A stretch of DNA of 64,000 nt from a virus, in IMG/VR virus record IMGVR_UViG_3300037521_000345, positions 35,004 to 99,003 of that record. One strand, 5' to 3'. This document shows, piece by piece, positions 1 to 9,499 of this stretch; within the stretch, counting starts at the first letter, position 1; each line of letters begins with the position of its first letter. The position numbers were made by a program, and so were the translations under genes. The notes under the pieces are model-generated. The model was not told where the DNA came from, ran no database searches, and saw only the letters and a program-made list of their open reading frames with translations.

Positions 1-1245
1 ATTATTGCTGATACAAGTGGTAAATTGCTCGAACCTATTAAAGGATCATTTTCAGAAGGGTTAACAAATATAGAATATTTTAATGCAGCAGGTGGTGCTA
101 GAAAAGGAATGGCAGATCGAGCTTTGAATACTGCTACAACTGGATATTTTACAAGACAACTTGTCTATGTATTATCTCCAGTAGAAGCACATCCTACACT
201 AAAAGATTGTAAAACAAAACGAACTATTCAAATAAGATTAAATAATGATCTTATTAAAAGGATGTCAGGTCGATATATTATTAAAAGTGGTAAAATAGTT
301 TTATTTAAAAAATCAGATTATAAACCAGGGGATGTTGTTAACTTAAGAACATCTATTTATTGTGAGTCTTATAAATTATGTCATACCTGTTATGGGGATT
401 TATTGAAACGTCATAAATCTCCTTATGTTGGAGTTCTAGCAGGAGCATCAATTGGAGAACGTGGAACTCAATTAATTATGAGAACATTTCATACTGGTGG
501 TGCTGCTAGTATAGTTATTCGTGATGTTTTAGCAGATATTATTGATAATGATCCAATGATTGAAGTAGGTAAAACAAAGTTAGGCGAATATTTACAACAG
601 GAAGATGATAAATTAATAGCTAAAAAAGAATGTAATATAAAAATTGATCTGTCAACATATGAAGTAGAAAAATCTTATTTAATTGAAGAAGATAATGTTT
701 GGTTTAATCACCTTGTTTCGCAAGTAGAATTTAATGATATAATTTTTAATATGGCACTTGATTATCCAGTTCATTTATTAAAACAGAATTTTAAAAAGGT
801 AGGAAAAGAATCACTAATATTTAAGTATTCAATTGGAGATACGATATTAGAAATTCCTTTACAAACAACAGAGATTAAAGAGCAGGTGAATTATGTTAAT
901 AGATTAATTGGAGGTCGAGTAGTTTATAAGGATCCTTCTCATTTGTTAACAAAAGTTATGAAAGTGTATGGCGGAAGTATATCTGATTTAGACTTATGCT
1001 ATTTTGAAGTCCTATGTTCACAAGTTTTAAGAGATAGAAAGAATCAAGTATTACCTGCAAGACTTGGAAAGACTTGGGATCCTGTAATGATGAACATTAA
1101 AAGCACAGTTTTTAGTACAAGTTTTATTCAGAGTTTAGCATTTGAAAACATCAATAAAGCTATTGAAACTGGATTGATTTCTAAACAAGATGTGCCTGCA
1201 ACAATATTAGAGAAATTAGTGACAGGAGAGGATTTAAGGAAATAA
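1..1245 (+). CDS. rpoC: Multisubunit RNA polymerase beta'-like subunit, C-terminal part (5'-truncated by the window), RNAP locus 1
   Basis: Bridge helix GARKGMADRALNTATTGYFTRQLV, Zn site CESYKLCHTCYG, trigger loop GERGTQLIMRTFHTGG, C-terminal SFIQSLAFEN; frame open from position 1. Confidence 0.93.
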   Translation: MIADTSGKLLEPIKGSFSEGLTNIEYFNAAGGARKGMADRALNTATTGYFTRQLVYVLSPVEAHPTLKDCKTKRTIQIRLNNDLIKRMSGRYIIKSGKIVLFKKSDYKPGDVVNLRTSIYCESYKLCHTCYGDLLKRHKSPYVGVLAGASIGERGTQLIMRTFHTGGAASIVIRDVLADIIDNDPMIEVGKTKLGEYLQQEDDKLIAKKECNIKIDLSTYEVEKSYLIEEDNVWFNHLVSQVEFNDIIFNMALDYPVHLLKQNFKKVGKESLIFKYSIGDTILEIPLQTTEIKEQVNYVNRLIGGRVVYKDPSHLLTKVMKVYGGSISDLDLCYFEVLCSQVLRDRKNQVLPARLGKTWDPVMMNIKSTVFSTSFIQSLAFENINKAIETGLISKQDVPATILEKLVTGEDLRK

Positions 1246-1277
1246 CAGTCTGTGGAAGTATTTGGAGATAAACTCAT

Positions 1278-4200
1278 ATGATTAAATTTCAATCTTTAGT
1301 TCAATATTCAAGAGTAGTTGATGGAGTTCGTTTCTTTTCAGATAAGGATAGACCGTTCGTATTATTTTATTTCTCCGAGAATTCAACTCTATATGAAGAT
1401 TATCCTAAAATGAATTTAAGAAGAATAGATGCAAGATATATAGTTGTTCCAATAACCCAGATACCTGTCTCTAGATTAACGGGCGATCAAAGAAAAGTTT
1501 ATAAATCTTTTGGTTTACTTCCATTTCAATCAAATCAAGTATATCCCTTAAATGCAAATATTATATTCGATACCAGTAAATATGTTTCCTTGATAGATAA
1601 GATGTATAAACCAACAACATATAGACAAAGAGCAGGTTTTCTTCTAAATAATTTTCTTTATAAATCATTTAATTCGTTTCCTGATAACTATGAAAAAGTT
1701 CTAATTTATACTGTTGATGTTAATAAACCAATCAATTCGTTTATAAATCGAAAGATTTTTCCTATATTAAGAACTATGAAAGGAGATGAAATTTCATTTG
1801 ATCATATGCTTATGGCATTGATTGGAGAGTCGTCAACTAGATATAGACTATTAGTTAAAGACAGAAACTATAAATTTGCAAGAGTTTCTCAATATATAAG
1901 AAAAGTTAAAATGATTAGTTCAGATGATGAGAAAGAACAAGAAGTTAAAACAGCAACGAACTCATTTGATGAGAAAGATTCTAAAGTTAAAACAGCAATT
2001 CAAAACTATTTAAATAAAAATGCTAAAGATCTTGAGAAAGTTTCTAATAATGAACTTGATAAAACAGAAAGAGATAGATTAACAATAGCTTCTATCTTAT
2101 ATAAATTAACAGGAGATTTTCAAAAGTCTCAAAGACTTGCAAAAGCTATTCCTAAAAAAAGTATTAAAACTGCAACTGAAAAGATAAGTCGTTTATATAA
2201 AGATGACTTATTAACAGGTGAAAAAGCTGTTAGTCTTAGTGAATCATATATTGTTCAGGGAATAAATGTTTCCAGGGTAGTTCAAAATAAAACACCAGAG
2301 CATATATTTGACAAAAGAAGAATTGACTTTCAAACAAATTTAAAAAAGGATATGTCAAATGCTTTTAAAGTTTTAGAAAAAGGAAACGTTCCTATTAAAT
2401 TTAATTCATTTAAAATTACTCATAAAAAAGGAAGAGCTGGAGAACTTAAAAAATCAGATGTTTCAATTATAACTGTAAGTATAACAGATGCAGCAGGAAA
2501 GAATCAAACATTTGAGTTTGAAATTCCACAGATTGATCCTGACTCTGGAACATTTAGAGTTAATGGTCAGCGCAAATGTTTAATTAATCAAATAGTGTTG
2601 ACTCCAATAAGTTTTCCTAAACCTTATGATTCCAAATTTGAGAGTTCATATGCAAGATTCCATATCTATAGTAAGAAGACAAAGAGATTGTCGTATCTAG
2701 AAGCATACATGGGTTCCTTCCGCCTACCCTTGATGATACTGTTATCATATTGTTTTGGATTTGAAAAAACAGTTAAAAAATTAGGATTACAATATGAAAT
2801 TGTAAAAGATAAACCTAATAAGGATGTAGTCTTTACAGAAGTTCCTTCTTCATATATGGTATTTAAAAATTTAGATACTGATTTAAAAAAGGAAATGGTA
2901 ACATCATTCACGCACGCTAAAATTAATCAATACAACATTAAAAAAGATTTTTTATCAAAAGATTATTTTGTAGAGTTGATTATACAAATGACTGGACGTG
3001 TCGATTCAACATATCTGATAAATAATAATATTGATTATATCGTTGATCCAGTTGCAAAACAAATTTTAGTTAATCAATTATTACCATATAAATTAGAAGA
3101 TATTATGCATTATATGGCAACTAAATCTGTTGATGGTTATGTTCAAGAAAGAAATGATATTAAATATCAAAGAATTAGAAATTCAGAAATTTTAGTTCAT
3201 TTAGCACAAAAACAATTTCTTAGTTCTTATACTGAATATAAAGAACAGTTTTTATCAGGAAATAAAGATGCTAAATTTAATTTTCCTCCAGGAGTTATAT
3301 TAAGTCAATTTACTAACTTAGAGATAGTTCAAAATATGGAGTATGCAAATCCAGTTGAAGAGATGGCAACAATTACAAAGATTTCTCCAGTTGGAAAAAC
3401 AGTTGGAGGTATTCCAGATAAGGAAGGATTAAATCTTCAAGCTCGAAATGTTCATAGATCATATTTTGGAAATATTGATCCGGTGGATACAGCAGAAGGT
3501 GGTAACATTGGGGTAACCCAACAGTTGACAGTGGACGCATATTTAACATCCTCCCGTGGATTGTTTGGAATTAAAGATTTAAAAAATGATGAAGGAGCTG
3601 GAATATTATCTACAACACTTTCAATGGTTCCATTTATTGAAAACAATGAAGGTGCAAGAATGATAATGGCAGGTAATCAAGGAAAACAAATGTTACCTTT
3701 AAAAAATCCAGAACCTCCTATAGTTCAAACAGGATATGAGTCATTACTTTCAAATGTTTTGTCTAATAATTTTATCAAGAGATCACCTTGTGCTGGAAAA
3801 GTGACAAAAATTACTGGAGATTTTATTGAAATAGCTTGTAATAAAGGTTCTAAAAAGAAAGTTGTTATCACACCAGTTCAATTAAAATCAGGAGCTGGAA
3901 AAAATACATTGAGCACATTTAAACCATCTGTTGAGGTTGGACAATCAGTTAAAAATAAGCAAGTAATTGCAGAGGGAAGTTGTATTTCTGGCGGAACTAT
4001 TTCATTAGGAAGAAATCTTGCTACTTGTTATATGCCTTATCAAGGATATAATTTTGAAGATGGTCTTGTAATAAATGAACGATTAGTATCTGATGATAAA
4101 TTAACTTCTTTACATGGAATTGATGTTGAGGCAACAGTTGATCGTAAAGATAGAATTTTACATATTATTGATATTGGAGCTAAAACTAAAAAGGGTGACC

Positions 4201-5342
4201 CTCTAATAAGAAAGACAGCAGGTGAAATTGAAGAACTATTAGGATTTCAAGAAGAAGAGGAAGAAGGAGTTGATGTATATGAGGGTCAAATAATTACAAA
4301 AAGTCCAGGTGGTCATGTTGTTGATATTGACGTATTTTCTAATATTGATATAGATTCTTTTCCTTCCATTAAAAAGTTAGTTGAAAGAACTAATAAAAAA
4401 TATAAAAAACCTACTAAAGAAAAATTTACAACTAGAGGGGTTTCAATTAAAGGGATATTAATTATATTTAGAATTGAACAAGAGTTAAAAATTGGAGTGG
4501 GAGATAAACTCTGTAACCGATATGGAAATAAAGGTATTATATCTTTAGTTCAAAAAGATGAATTAATGCCAAGAACACCTTGGGGTGAAACAGTTGATAT
4601 TATTATGAATCCTCTTGGAGTTACTGGTCGAATGAATATAGGTCAAATATATGAATTGTATTGTGGTCTTATCTCTAAAGAAGTAGCAAATAGAATGGTT
4701 AAATTGAGCAAAGCTCAAGGCATTGCATTGATGAAAGCTGTAATAACAAGACTTGATAATACAAAAAATAAAAAAATTAGTACATCATTGATTGCTACAA
4801 TGACTGCAATGAGCGATGTAAAATATAAAAAGATGTTAGAGCAAATTCAAAAAGATAAGTTTATACCAATAGTTATTCCTCCATTTCAATCTCCTAAACA
4901 TAAAAGTATTTTAGAAGTATTAAAATTATTAAAATTAAAAACAGGATATAAATTAAAACTTCCAGAGTATAATACAAAAACTCAAAATGCGGTTCCATTT
5001 GGATATGAATATGTTTCTAAATTAGAACATATTTCAGATGCTAAATTACATGCTAGATCAACTGGTCCAACAACTGGAAAAGTTGGTCAACCAACTGCTG
5101 GTAAAAGAAAAGAGGGTGGGCAAAGAATAGGAGAAGGAGATACATGGGCATTAACAAGTTATAATTGTCCTACAATATTATCTGAACTCTTTGGACCTAT
5201 GTCTGATGACTTTGTATCTAAAAATGAAATGATGTCAGAAATTATACAAAATGGAAGAACAGATTTTAAAGAAACAAAAATGTCTCCAACTAGAGATTTA
5301 TTAAAAGCATATTTTATTTCTTTAATGCTAGGAGGTCAATAA
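1278..5342 (+). CDS. rpoB: RNA polymerase beta-like subunit with ~400-aa N-terminal extension, RNAP locus 1
   Basis: Motifs FRVNG, DPVDTAEGGNIG, GYNFEDG, GDKLCNRYGNKG, MNPLGVTGRMN, KLEH, GGQRIGEGD. Confidence 0.95.
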   Translation: MIKFQSLVQYSRVVDGVRFFSDKDRPFVLFYFSENSTLYEDYPKMNLRRIDARYIVVPITQIPVSRLTGDQRKVYKSFGLLPFQSNQVYPLNANIIFDTSKYVSLIDKMYKPTTYRQRAGFLLNNFLYKSFNSFPDNYEKVLIYTVDVNKPINSFINRKIFPILRTMKGDEISFDHMLMALIGESSTRYRLLVKDRNYKFARVSQYIRKVKMISSDDEKEQEVKTATNSFDEKDSKVKTAIQNYLNKNAKDLEKVSNNELDKTERDRLTIASILYKLTGDFQKSQRLAKAIPKKSIKTATEKISRLYKDDLLTGEKAVSLSESYIVQGINVSRVVQNKTPEHIFDKRRIDFQTNLKKDMSNAFKVLEKGNVPIKFNSFKITHKKGRAGELKKSDVSIITVSITDAAGKNQTFEFEIPQIDPDSGTFRVNGQRKCLINQIVLTPISFPKPYDSKFESSYARFHIYSKKTKRLSYLEAYMGSFRLPLMILLSYCFGFEKTVKKLGLQYEIVKDKPNKDVVFTEVPSSYMVFKNLDTDLKKEMVTSFTHAKINQYNIKKDFLSKDYFVELIIQMTGRVDSTYLINNNIDYIVDPVAKQILVNQLLPYKLEDIMHYMATKSVDGYVQERNDIKYQRIRNSEILVHLAQKQFLSSYTEYKEQFLSGNKDAKFNFPPGVILSQFTNLEIVQNMEYANPVEEMATITKISPVGKTVGGIPDKEGLNLQARNVHRSYFGNIDPVDTAEGGNIGVTQQLTVDAYLTSSRGLFGIKDLKNDEGAGILSTTLSMVPFIENNEGARMIMAGNQGKQMLPLKNPEPPIVQTGYESLLSNVLSNNFIKRSPCAGKVTKITGDFIEIACNKGSKKKVVITPVQLKSGAGKNTLSTFKPSVEVGQSVKNKQVIAEGSCISGGTISLGRNLATCYMPYQGYNFEDGLVINERLVSDDKLTSLHGIDVEATVDRKDRILHIIDIGAKTKKGDPLIRKTAGEIEELLGFQEEEEEGVDVYEGQIITKSPGGHVVDIDVFSNIDIDSFPSIKKLVERTNKKYKKPTKEKFTTRGVSIKGILIIFRIEQELKIGVGDKLCNRYGNKGIISLVQKDELMPRTPWGETVDIIMNPLGVTGRMNIGQIYELYCGLISKEVANRMVKLSKAQGIALMKAVITRLDNTKNKKISTSLIATMTAMSDVKYKKMLEQIQKDKFIPIVIPPFQSPKHKSILEVLKLLKLKTGYKLKLPEYNTKTQNAVPFGYEYVSKLEHISDAKLHARSTGPTTGKVGQPTAGKRKEGGQRIGEGDTWALTSYNCPTILSELFGPMSDDFVSKNEMMSEIIQNGRTDFKETKMSPTRDLLKAYFISLMLGGQ

Positions 5343-5938
5343 TGAGTGGGTTAGAAGCTTTATGCGGTGATTTAATCATTCCACCTGAAATGGATAACTA
5401 TGAAGAAGATGTTGATAAATATCATGATCTCGCCAGTTTCAGGTATGCTGCTCTTGATATAATAAATGTAGTTGGAAAAATTGACTTTAAAGAACTATAT
5501 ATTGTTCAAATGGATACTATTAAAAAACAAACAATGTATGTACAGAGAGTATTTCTTATTGAAATGCTACAAAAGATAAGTGAAATTTATGATTGGGAAT
5601 TTCCTGATGAATGGAGTTTAGTTGATACTTCATATCAACAAGAACAATTATATAAGTTTATAGAATTTATTGAATTTGATAATTATAGATTTTTATCCTA
5701 CGTTTGGAGATTTTTATTAGATGATACTACTAAACTTATAAGATTCGATATTGATAATTTTTGTAAAAAAAATGTTATGAAGATAATTAAAGAGACAGAA
5801 GAACAGTTAGAAACTCATTTTCAAAGCAAGATGATTACTATTTTTCTTAGAACATATTACAAAGAGAAGTTCATTGAATGGTTTAGTTTAATGAGTAGGA
5901 GATATAAAGTAGAAATAATTTCTGAACTTTATGAATAA
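5342..5938 (+). CDS. Hypothetical protein, translationally coupled to beta
   Basis: 198-aa ORF, TAATG stop/start overlap. Confidence 0.7.
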   Translation: MSGLEALCGDLIIPPEMDNYEEDVDKYHDLASFRYAALDIINVVGKIDFKELYIVQMDTIKKQTMYVQRVFLIEMLQKISEIYDWEFPDEWSLVDTSYQQEQLYKFIEFIEFDNYRFLSYVWRFLLDDTTKLIRFDIDNFCKKNVMKIIKETEEQLETHFQSKMITIFLRTYYKEKFIEWFSLMSRRYKVEIISELYE

Positions 5939-5950
5939 AAGGAGAAAAGA

Positions 5951-6208
5951 ATGGGAGAAGCAACAATTACAATTAAAAAGGGAGTGGTTGTCTTAAAAGC
6001 TCCAAAATCTGAATTAATCGAAGTATCTGAAACTCATGACGGTATAGCTTTTAACTTCAAACGTGGACTACAATTGTATCAAGTTGAACAATATATGCCA
6101 TCACATATTAAACAACTTATTAAGAATACAACTGATTCATTTGAAGGAAATAATATCATTATAGATTTAGATGATGCAAAGAAACCAATTATGGTTGACG
6201 CTACTTAA
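5951..6208 (+). CDS. Hypothetical protein
   Basis: 85-aa ORF with AAGGAG RBS. Confidence 0.7.
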   Translation: MGEATITIKKGVVVLKAPKSELIEVSETHDGIAFNFKRGLQLYQVEQYMPSHIKQLIKNTTDSFEGNNIIIDLDDAKKPIMVDAT

Positions 6209-6225
6209 TTCATTTTAAAAAATAC

Positions 6226-6247
6226 ATCTATATATATTAATAACTGA
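6226..6247 (+). promoter_or_regulatory. Putative phage (early-type) promoter motif ATCTATATATATTAATAAnTGA
   Basis: Identical 18-mer recurs at 63308-63325; both copies are intergenic and lie at the head of + strand transcription units. Confidence 0.55.
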
Positions 6248-6274
6248 TAAAGAGAAAATTGTTTAGTTTTTAAG

Positions 6275-6381
6275 TTCTAAGAAGACTTTATGTGATTCCA
6301 GAGCTGTGTTGGTACAGCATCATACTATAAATGTGAAGTCAGGGTTCGAGTCCCTCATATTACATTTCTTACTTCTTAGAA
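6275..6381 (+). ncRNA. Structured RNA unit 1 (Y-RNA-like/tRNA mimic)
   Basis: 10-bp terminal stem TTCTAAGAAG/CTTCTTAGAA and inner stem ATGTGAT/ATTACAT enclose a D-like arm GCTGT-GTTGGT-ACAGC, an anticodon-like arm TCATA-CTATAAA-TGTGA and a T arm AGGG-TTCGAGT-CCCT. Confidence 0.75.
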
Positions 6382-6394
6382 TTTTTATTTTTTA

Positions 6395-6500
6395 TCTGGA
6401 AAGACTTTATGTGATTTCCGAGCTGTGTTGGTACAGCATCTTACTATTAATAAGAAGCAAGGGTTCAACTCCCTGTAACTTACATCTGCTACTTTCCAGA
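6395..6500 (+). ncRNA. Structured RNA unit 2 (Y-RNA-like/tRNA mimic)
   Basis: Terminal stem TCTGGAAAG/CTTTCCAGA (compensatory changes relative to unit 1); same D-like arm; anticodon-like arm TCTTA-CTATTAA-TAAGA; T arm AGGG-TTCAACT-CCCT. Confidence 0.75.
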
Positions 6501-6511
6501 CCTATCAAAAT

Positions 6512-6577
6512 TTTCTAAGAAGACTTTGTGTAATTCCAGATCGATGCATCCAAATTACACCTATTACTTCTTAGAAA
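6512..6577 (+). ncRNA. Structured RNA unit 3 (short form)
   Basis: Stems TTTCTAAGAAG/CTTCTTAGAAA and GTGTAATT/AATTACAC; shares the GACTT...TCCAGA...TACTT motifs. Confidence 0.7.
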
Positions 6578-6587
6578 CACAACTTTC

Positions 6588-6687
6588 AGATGAGAAGACT
6601 ATATGTGGTTTCAGAATACAGAAGCAAGTGTTTAATACACACTTAGTCCTTGTAATACCTTTGTCCTACATAAACTACTTCTCATCT
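6588..6687 (+). ncRNA. Structured RNA unit 4
   Basis: Stems AGATGAGAAG/CTTCTCATCT and TATGTGG/CTACATA; internal hairpin AAGTGT-TTAATAC-ACACTT with a 7-nt loop. Confidence 0.7.
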
Positions 6688-6694
6688 CATTTTT

Positions 6695-6759
6695 CCTGAA
6701 AGACTTTTTGTAATTTCAGATTTATTGGAAAATCATCAATTACAATTACTACTTTCAGG
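6695..6759 (+). ncRNA. Structured RNA unit 5 (short form)
   Basis: Stems CCTGAAAG/CTTTCAGG and TTGTAATT/AATTACAA with the same conserved flanking motifs. Confidence 0.7.
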
Positions 6760-6767
6760 TTTTACTT

Positions 6768-6834
6768 TGTGGGGTCACTCAGTATAGAAAAAAACCTATT
6801 CGGGGTTCTAAACCTATACTAATAGTACCCCACA
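6768..6834 (+). ncRNA. Divergent hairpin unit within the array
   Basis: Nested stems TGTGGGGT/ACCCCACA and AGTATAG/CTATACT; same architecture as the other units but lacks the shared sequence motif. Confidence 0.45.
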
Positions 6835-6842
6835 TCTTTTCT

Positions 6843-6901
6843 AAATGGACTTAATGTGATTTCAGACCTGCATAGTGTTAAGATTACATTTACTTCCATT
6901 T
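6843..6901 (+). ncRNA. Structured RNA unit 6 (short form)
   Basis: Stems AAATGGA/TCCATTT and AATGTGAT/ATTACATT; motif GACTTAATGTGATTTCAGA...TACTT. Confidence 0.65.
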
Positions 6902-6998
6902 TTTTGAAAGGAAATTGATGAAAGATTCTTTTATTCTAAAACATTGGTTATAATTGCTTTACGTCGTCAGAAACATTTAAAGGGAAAGGAGATCTAAA

Positions 6999-8510
6999 GT
7001 GCCAGGAGAGTTAGGATTAATTGATTCAGGTATATTGCAGTTTGCTCCAAAGGGAGCTTATTATGAAGGAAAAGATGAGCAATATAATGCCATCAATAGC
7101 ATGTGGGAAAGTCTATTTAAATATGATAGAACTTTATTTTCTTTGCTAATGTTGTTAAATGGAACAGGTTTTGCAAAGGGATCAATGTCTCACATCTTAT
7201 TATCGAATCCATTAGAGGAATCCAAACTTCCAGTATTAGATAACCTACCTTCCCATTTTGAGAAGGATATTATAAACTATGCTCTTTATAAGGAGAGAAC
7301 TCCAAGAGCATTGAAAAATTTATTAATGTTAACAGGAGCAGAAGGGCACAGTAAAGTTAATAATTCTAGAACAAGAAAAATGATTTTAGAATTTATATTC
7401 AATCGAGATAATAATAATCTTGATAATCTTGCTGTGAATTATAAAGGCAAACTTCAAACGCTGATTACACATGCTCTTGGAAAACAAGATCTAGCAAAAA
7501 TTCTTGGTGGTGACAAAAAATCATTTGAAAAATTCATTGGAAAATATAATAGACATTCTTTTCCTGTAGTTCTTCATATATTCAATATGGATATTCCAAC
7601 TGTGGGAGCTTACTTTCCAATGATTGAAAAATATTATAAACTTCGAAACGCAGCACAAGAGAAAAATATTACAGAATTTAAAAAATTAATGAAGGGCATG
7701 CCAGAAAGAACAGTCATGGGTATGAGGAATTTATATAAAGTTAACATTCCTATATCTGAATTAAAAGATGAAACTACCAAATCACAAAAGGATAGAATTC
7801 AAGGACAGGCAGCAGCTAAAAGAGCTGGAACAAAGATAGATATTGATTATAAAAAACAAGATATCTATGACTTATTTAAATTTCTATATTTTAAAATCAA
7901 AAACAATGATGGTGAGGATTTTAATAAAATATTATATGCCATTGATCACGTTGCAGGCAAACTTCCTAAAATAGATATTGGAGAATGTGTAGTAGTTATG
8001 GATGCTTCACATTCAATGATGGGAAGTGATGAAAGACCAATGCATCCATTTCTAACTGGACTATCTATTACTGCAACTCTCAAAAATATAAGAGAGTATA
8101 TATATGTTGGAGGAGAAACAGCTAAAATGGAAGGTAATGATTTTCCAGAAATTGTAGTTCCTTGCAATAGTACAGATTTATGGAGAGGATTGATCAAAGC
8201 TGTTAAAACAGGTGTTGAAAATATAGTTATCATTTCAGATGGTTATGAAAACACCATCAAAGGAATGTTCAAACACGTATATGATCACTTAAAAAAGAAT
8301 GGATATAAGTTCAAAGTAACTCATATCAATCCTGTATTTTCAGCTTCATCTGTTAATGGTTCAACAAGAAAATTAGCAGATGATATTAAATCTATGCCAG
8401 TAGGAAACTATAAGTATTTAGAAACAGAAGTTATTTTTTCTAGACTTGTAGAGGATAAGGAAATGGTTAAAAAAATATTAATCTCAAAATATAGAAATTT
8501 ACTTCAATAA
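6999..8510 (+). CDS. Divergent Ro60/TROVE-like helical domain plus C-terminal vWA domain protein
   Basis: vWA MIDAS motif VVMDASHSM, later T and IISDGYEN; helical basic N-terminal region (VNNSRTRK..AVNYKGKL..HALG); ~500-aa size typical of Ro60/Rsr; GTG start with AAGGAG RBS. Confidence 0.6.
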   Translation: MPGELGLIDSGILQFAPKGAYYEGKDEQYNAINSMWESLFKYDRTLFSLLMLLNGTGFAKGSMSHILLSNPLEESKLPVLDNLPSHFEKDIINYALYKERTPRALKNLLMLTGAEGHSKVNNSRTRKMILEFIFNRDNNNLDNLAVNYKGKLQTLITHALGKQDLAKILGGDKKSFEKFIGKYNRHSFPVVLHIFNMDIPTVGAYFPMIEKYYKLRNAAQEKNITEFKKLMKGMPERTVMGMRNLYKVNIPISELKDETTKSQKDRIQGQAAAKRAGTKIDIDYKKQDIYDLFKFLYFKIKNNDGEDFNKILYAIDHVAGKLPKIDIGECVVVMDASHSMMGSDERPMHPFLTGLSITATLKNIREYIYVGGETAKMEGNDFPEIVVPCNSTDLWRGLIKAVKTGVENIVIISDGYENTIKGMFKHVYDHLKKNGYKFKVTHINPVFSASSVNGSTRKLADDIKSMPVGNYKYLETEVIFSRLVEDKEMVKKILISKYRNLLQ

Positions 8511-8527
8511 AGGGAGGATCCAAAAAT

Positions 8528-9499
8528 ATGTCAATATTGAAAACATTAGGATTTACAAATCTTAATGCTGGAACCGTTCAAGTTGTGGATGAAATGACAG
8601 TAGTGCCCTTAATTAGTGAAGATTTAGGACAAGTTGCTGAACCATTTTCATTGAAATTCAGACGAACAAACACTTATGGTTCCATGATTTATGAGAATTT
8701 AGATAAGGAATCTCCTGCGATCATTCCCAATAATATTATGGTGAGAGGATTGAGTGCACAGGATCACGCAATGGCAGGATCAGGAGTGGTTAAAGCTGAA
8801 AAATCAAAAACATTCAATAATGCTTGCTGTATTGAATCAAGTCAAGGTGGATATCTAGGTGAAGAAAATAATGAATATGATATCTTGCCTGTTCAGCTTC
8901 GTAAGAAACTTATTCCATTAGATATAAGAAATAAAAAAAGTTATGATAAATTATGGCCAGAAATTACAGCATGGTTGAAAGGTACTATTGATGTATCTCC
9001 TCGTTTCTCAAGTGCCCATCTAAGATATTTCTATGATGATCCTGAAATAAAGAAATCTCTTGAAACATTCTCCGCTGAATTTGAACCTGTATTAAATCAA
9101 ATCGGTGCTATTATATTATTTACAGATAACATTGTTGGTATAGAAGTTATGCCAACTCTTTCACATTGGTATTATTACTGGAAATTATTAATTCGTGGAT
9201 GTTATGGAGCTGAATTATTAAGACGTAAAAAATTAAATATAATTAAACCAGCTAAATTGAAACTTCCAAAACTTCCAAAAGATATTGATCAGATATCTTT
9301 AGTTGGCGATACTTATACAGATGGTATTCGTCAAAACATTATTAAAAAATTAGACACTATTAATTTGAAAACAACTTCAACTATTATAGAAAAAGTTGAA
9401 GATATTAATATTATATTATTAAACAGTGAATCAGGTGGTAGCGGTGGAGATTTGATTACTCAAAAAGATAAACCAATATATCTTTCTATAGTGATGTAA
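8528..9499 (+). CDS. ARPP-1/DUF6569-like protein
   Basis: Pattern QDHAM..., ACCIESSQGG, FEPVLNQIGAI, VGIEVMP resembles the ARPP-1 family found next to this vWA family. Confidence 0.5.
   Translation: MSILKTLGFTNLNAGTVQVVDEMTVVPLISEDLGQVAEPFSLKFRRTNTYGSMIYENLDKESPAIIPNNIMVRGLSAQDHAMAGSGVVKAEKSKTFNNACCIESSQGGYLGEENNEYDILPVQLRKKLIPLDIRNKKSYDKLWPEITAWLKGTIDVSPRFSSAHLRYFYDDPEIKKSLETFSAEFEPVLNQIGAIILFTDNIVGIEVMPTLSHWYYYWKLLIRGCYGAELLRRKKLNIIKPAKLKLPKLPKDIDQISLVGDTYTDGIRQNIIKKLDTINLKTTSTIIEKVEDINIILLNSESGGSGGDLITQKDKPIYLSIVM

Noticed and set aside
6295-6480. Canonical tRNA genes (Tyr/Asn)
   Set aside because: No 7-bp acceptor stem or CCA, T stems of only 4 bp, and A34 anticodons; better explained as tRNA mimics.
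6306-6518. 70-aa ORF in the ORF track
   Set aside because: Overlaps the structured RNA units, has no RBS, and its internal repeat simply mirrors the RNA repeat.
6275-6901. CRISPR array
   Set aside because: The repeats are degenerate and the two halves of each unit pair around the variable region. There are no identical direct repeats with uniform spacers and no cas genes in the window.
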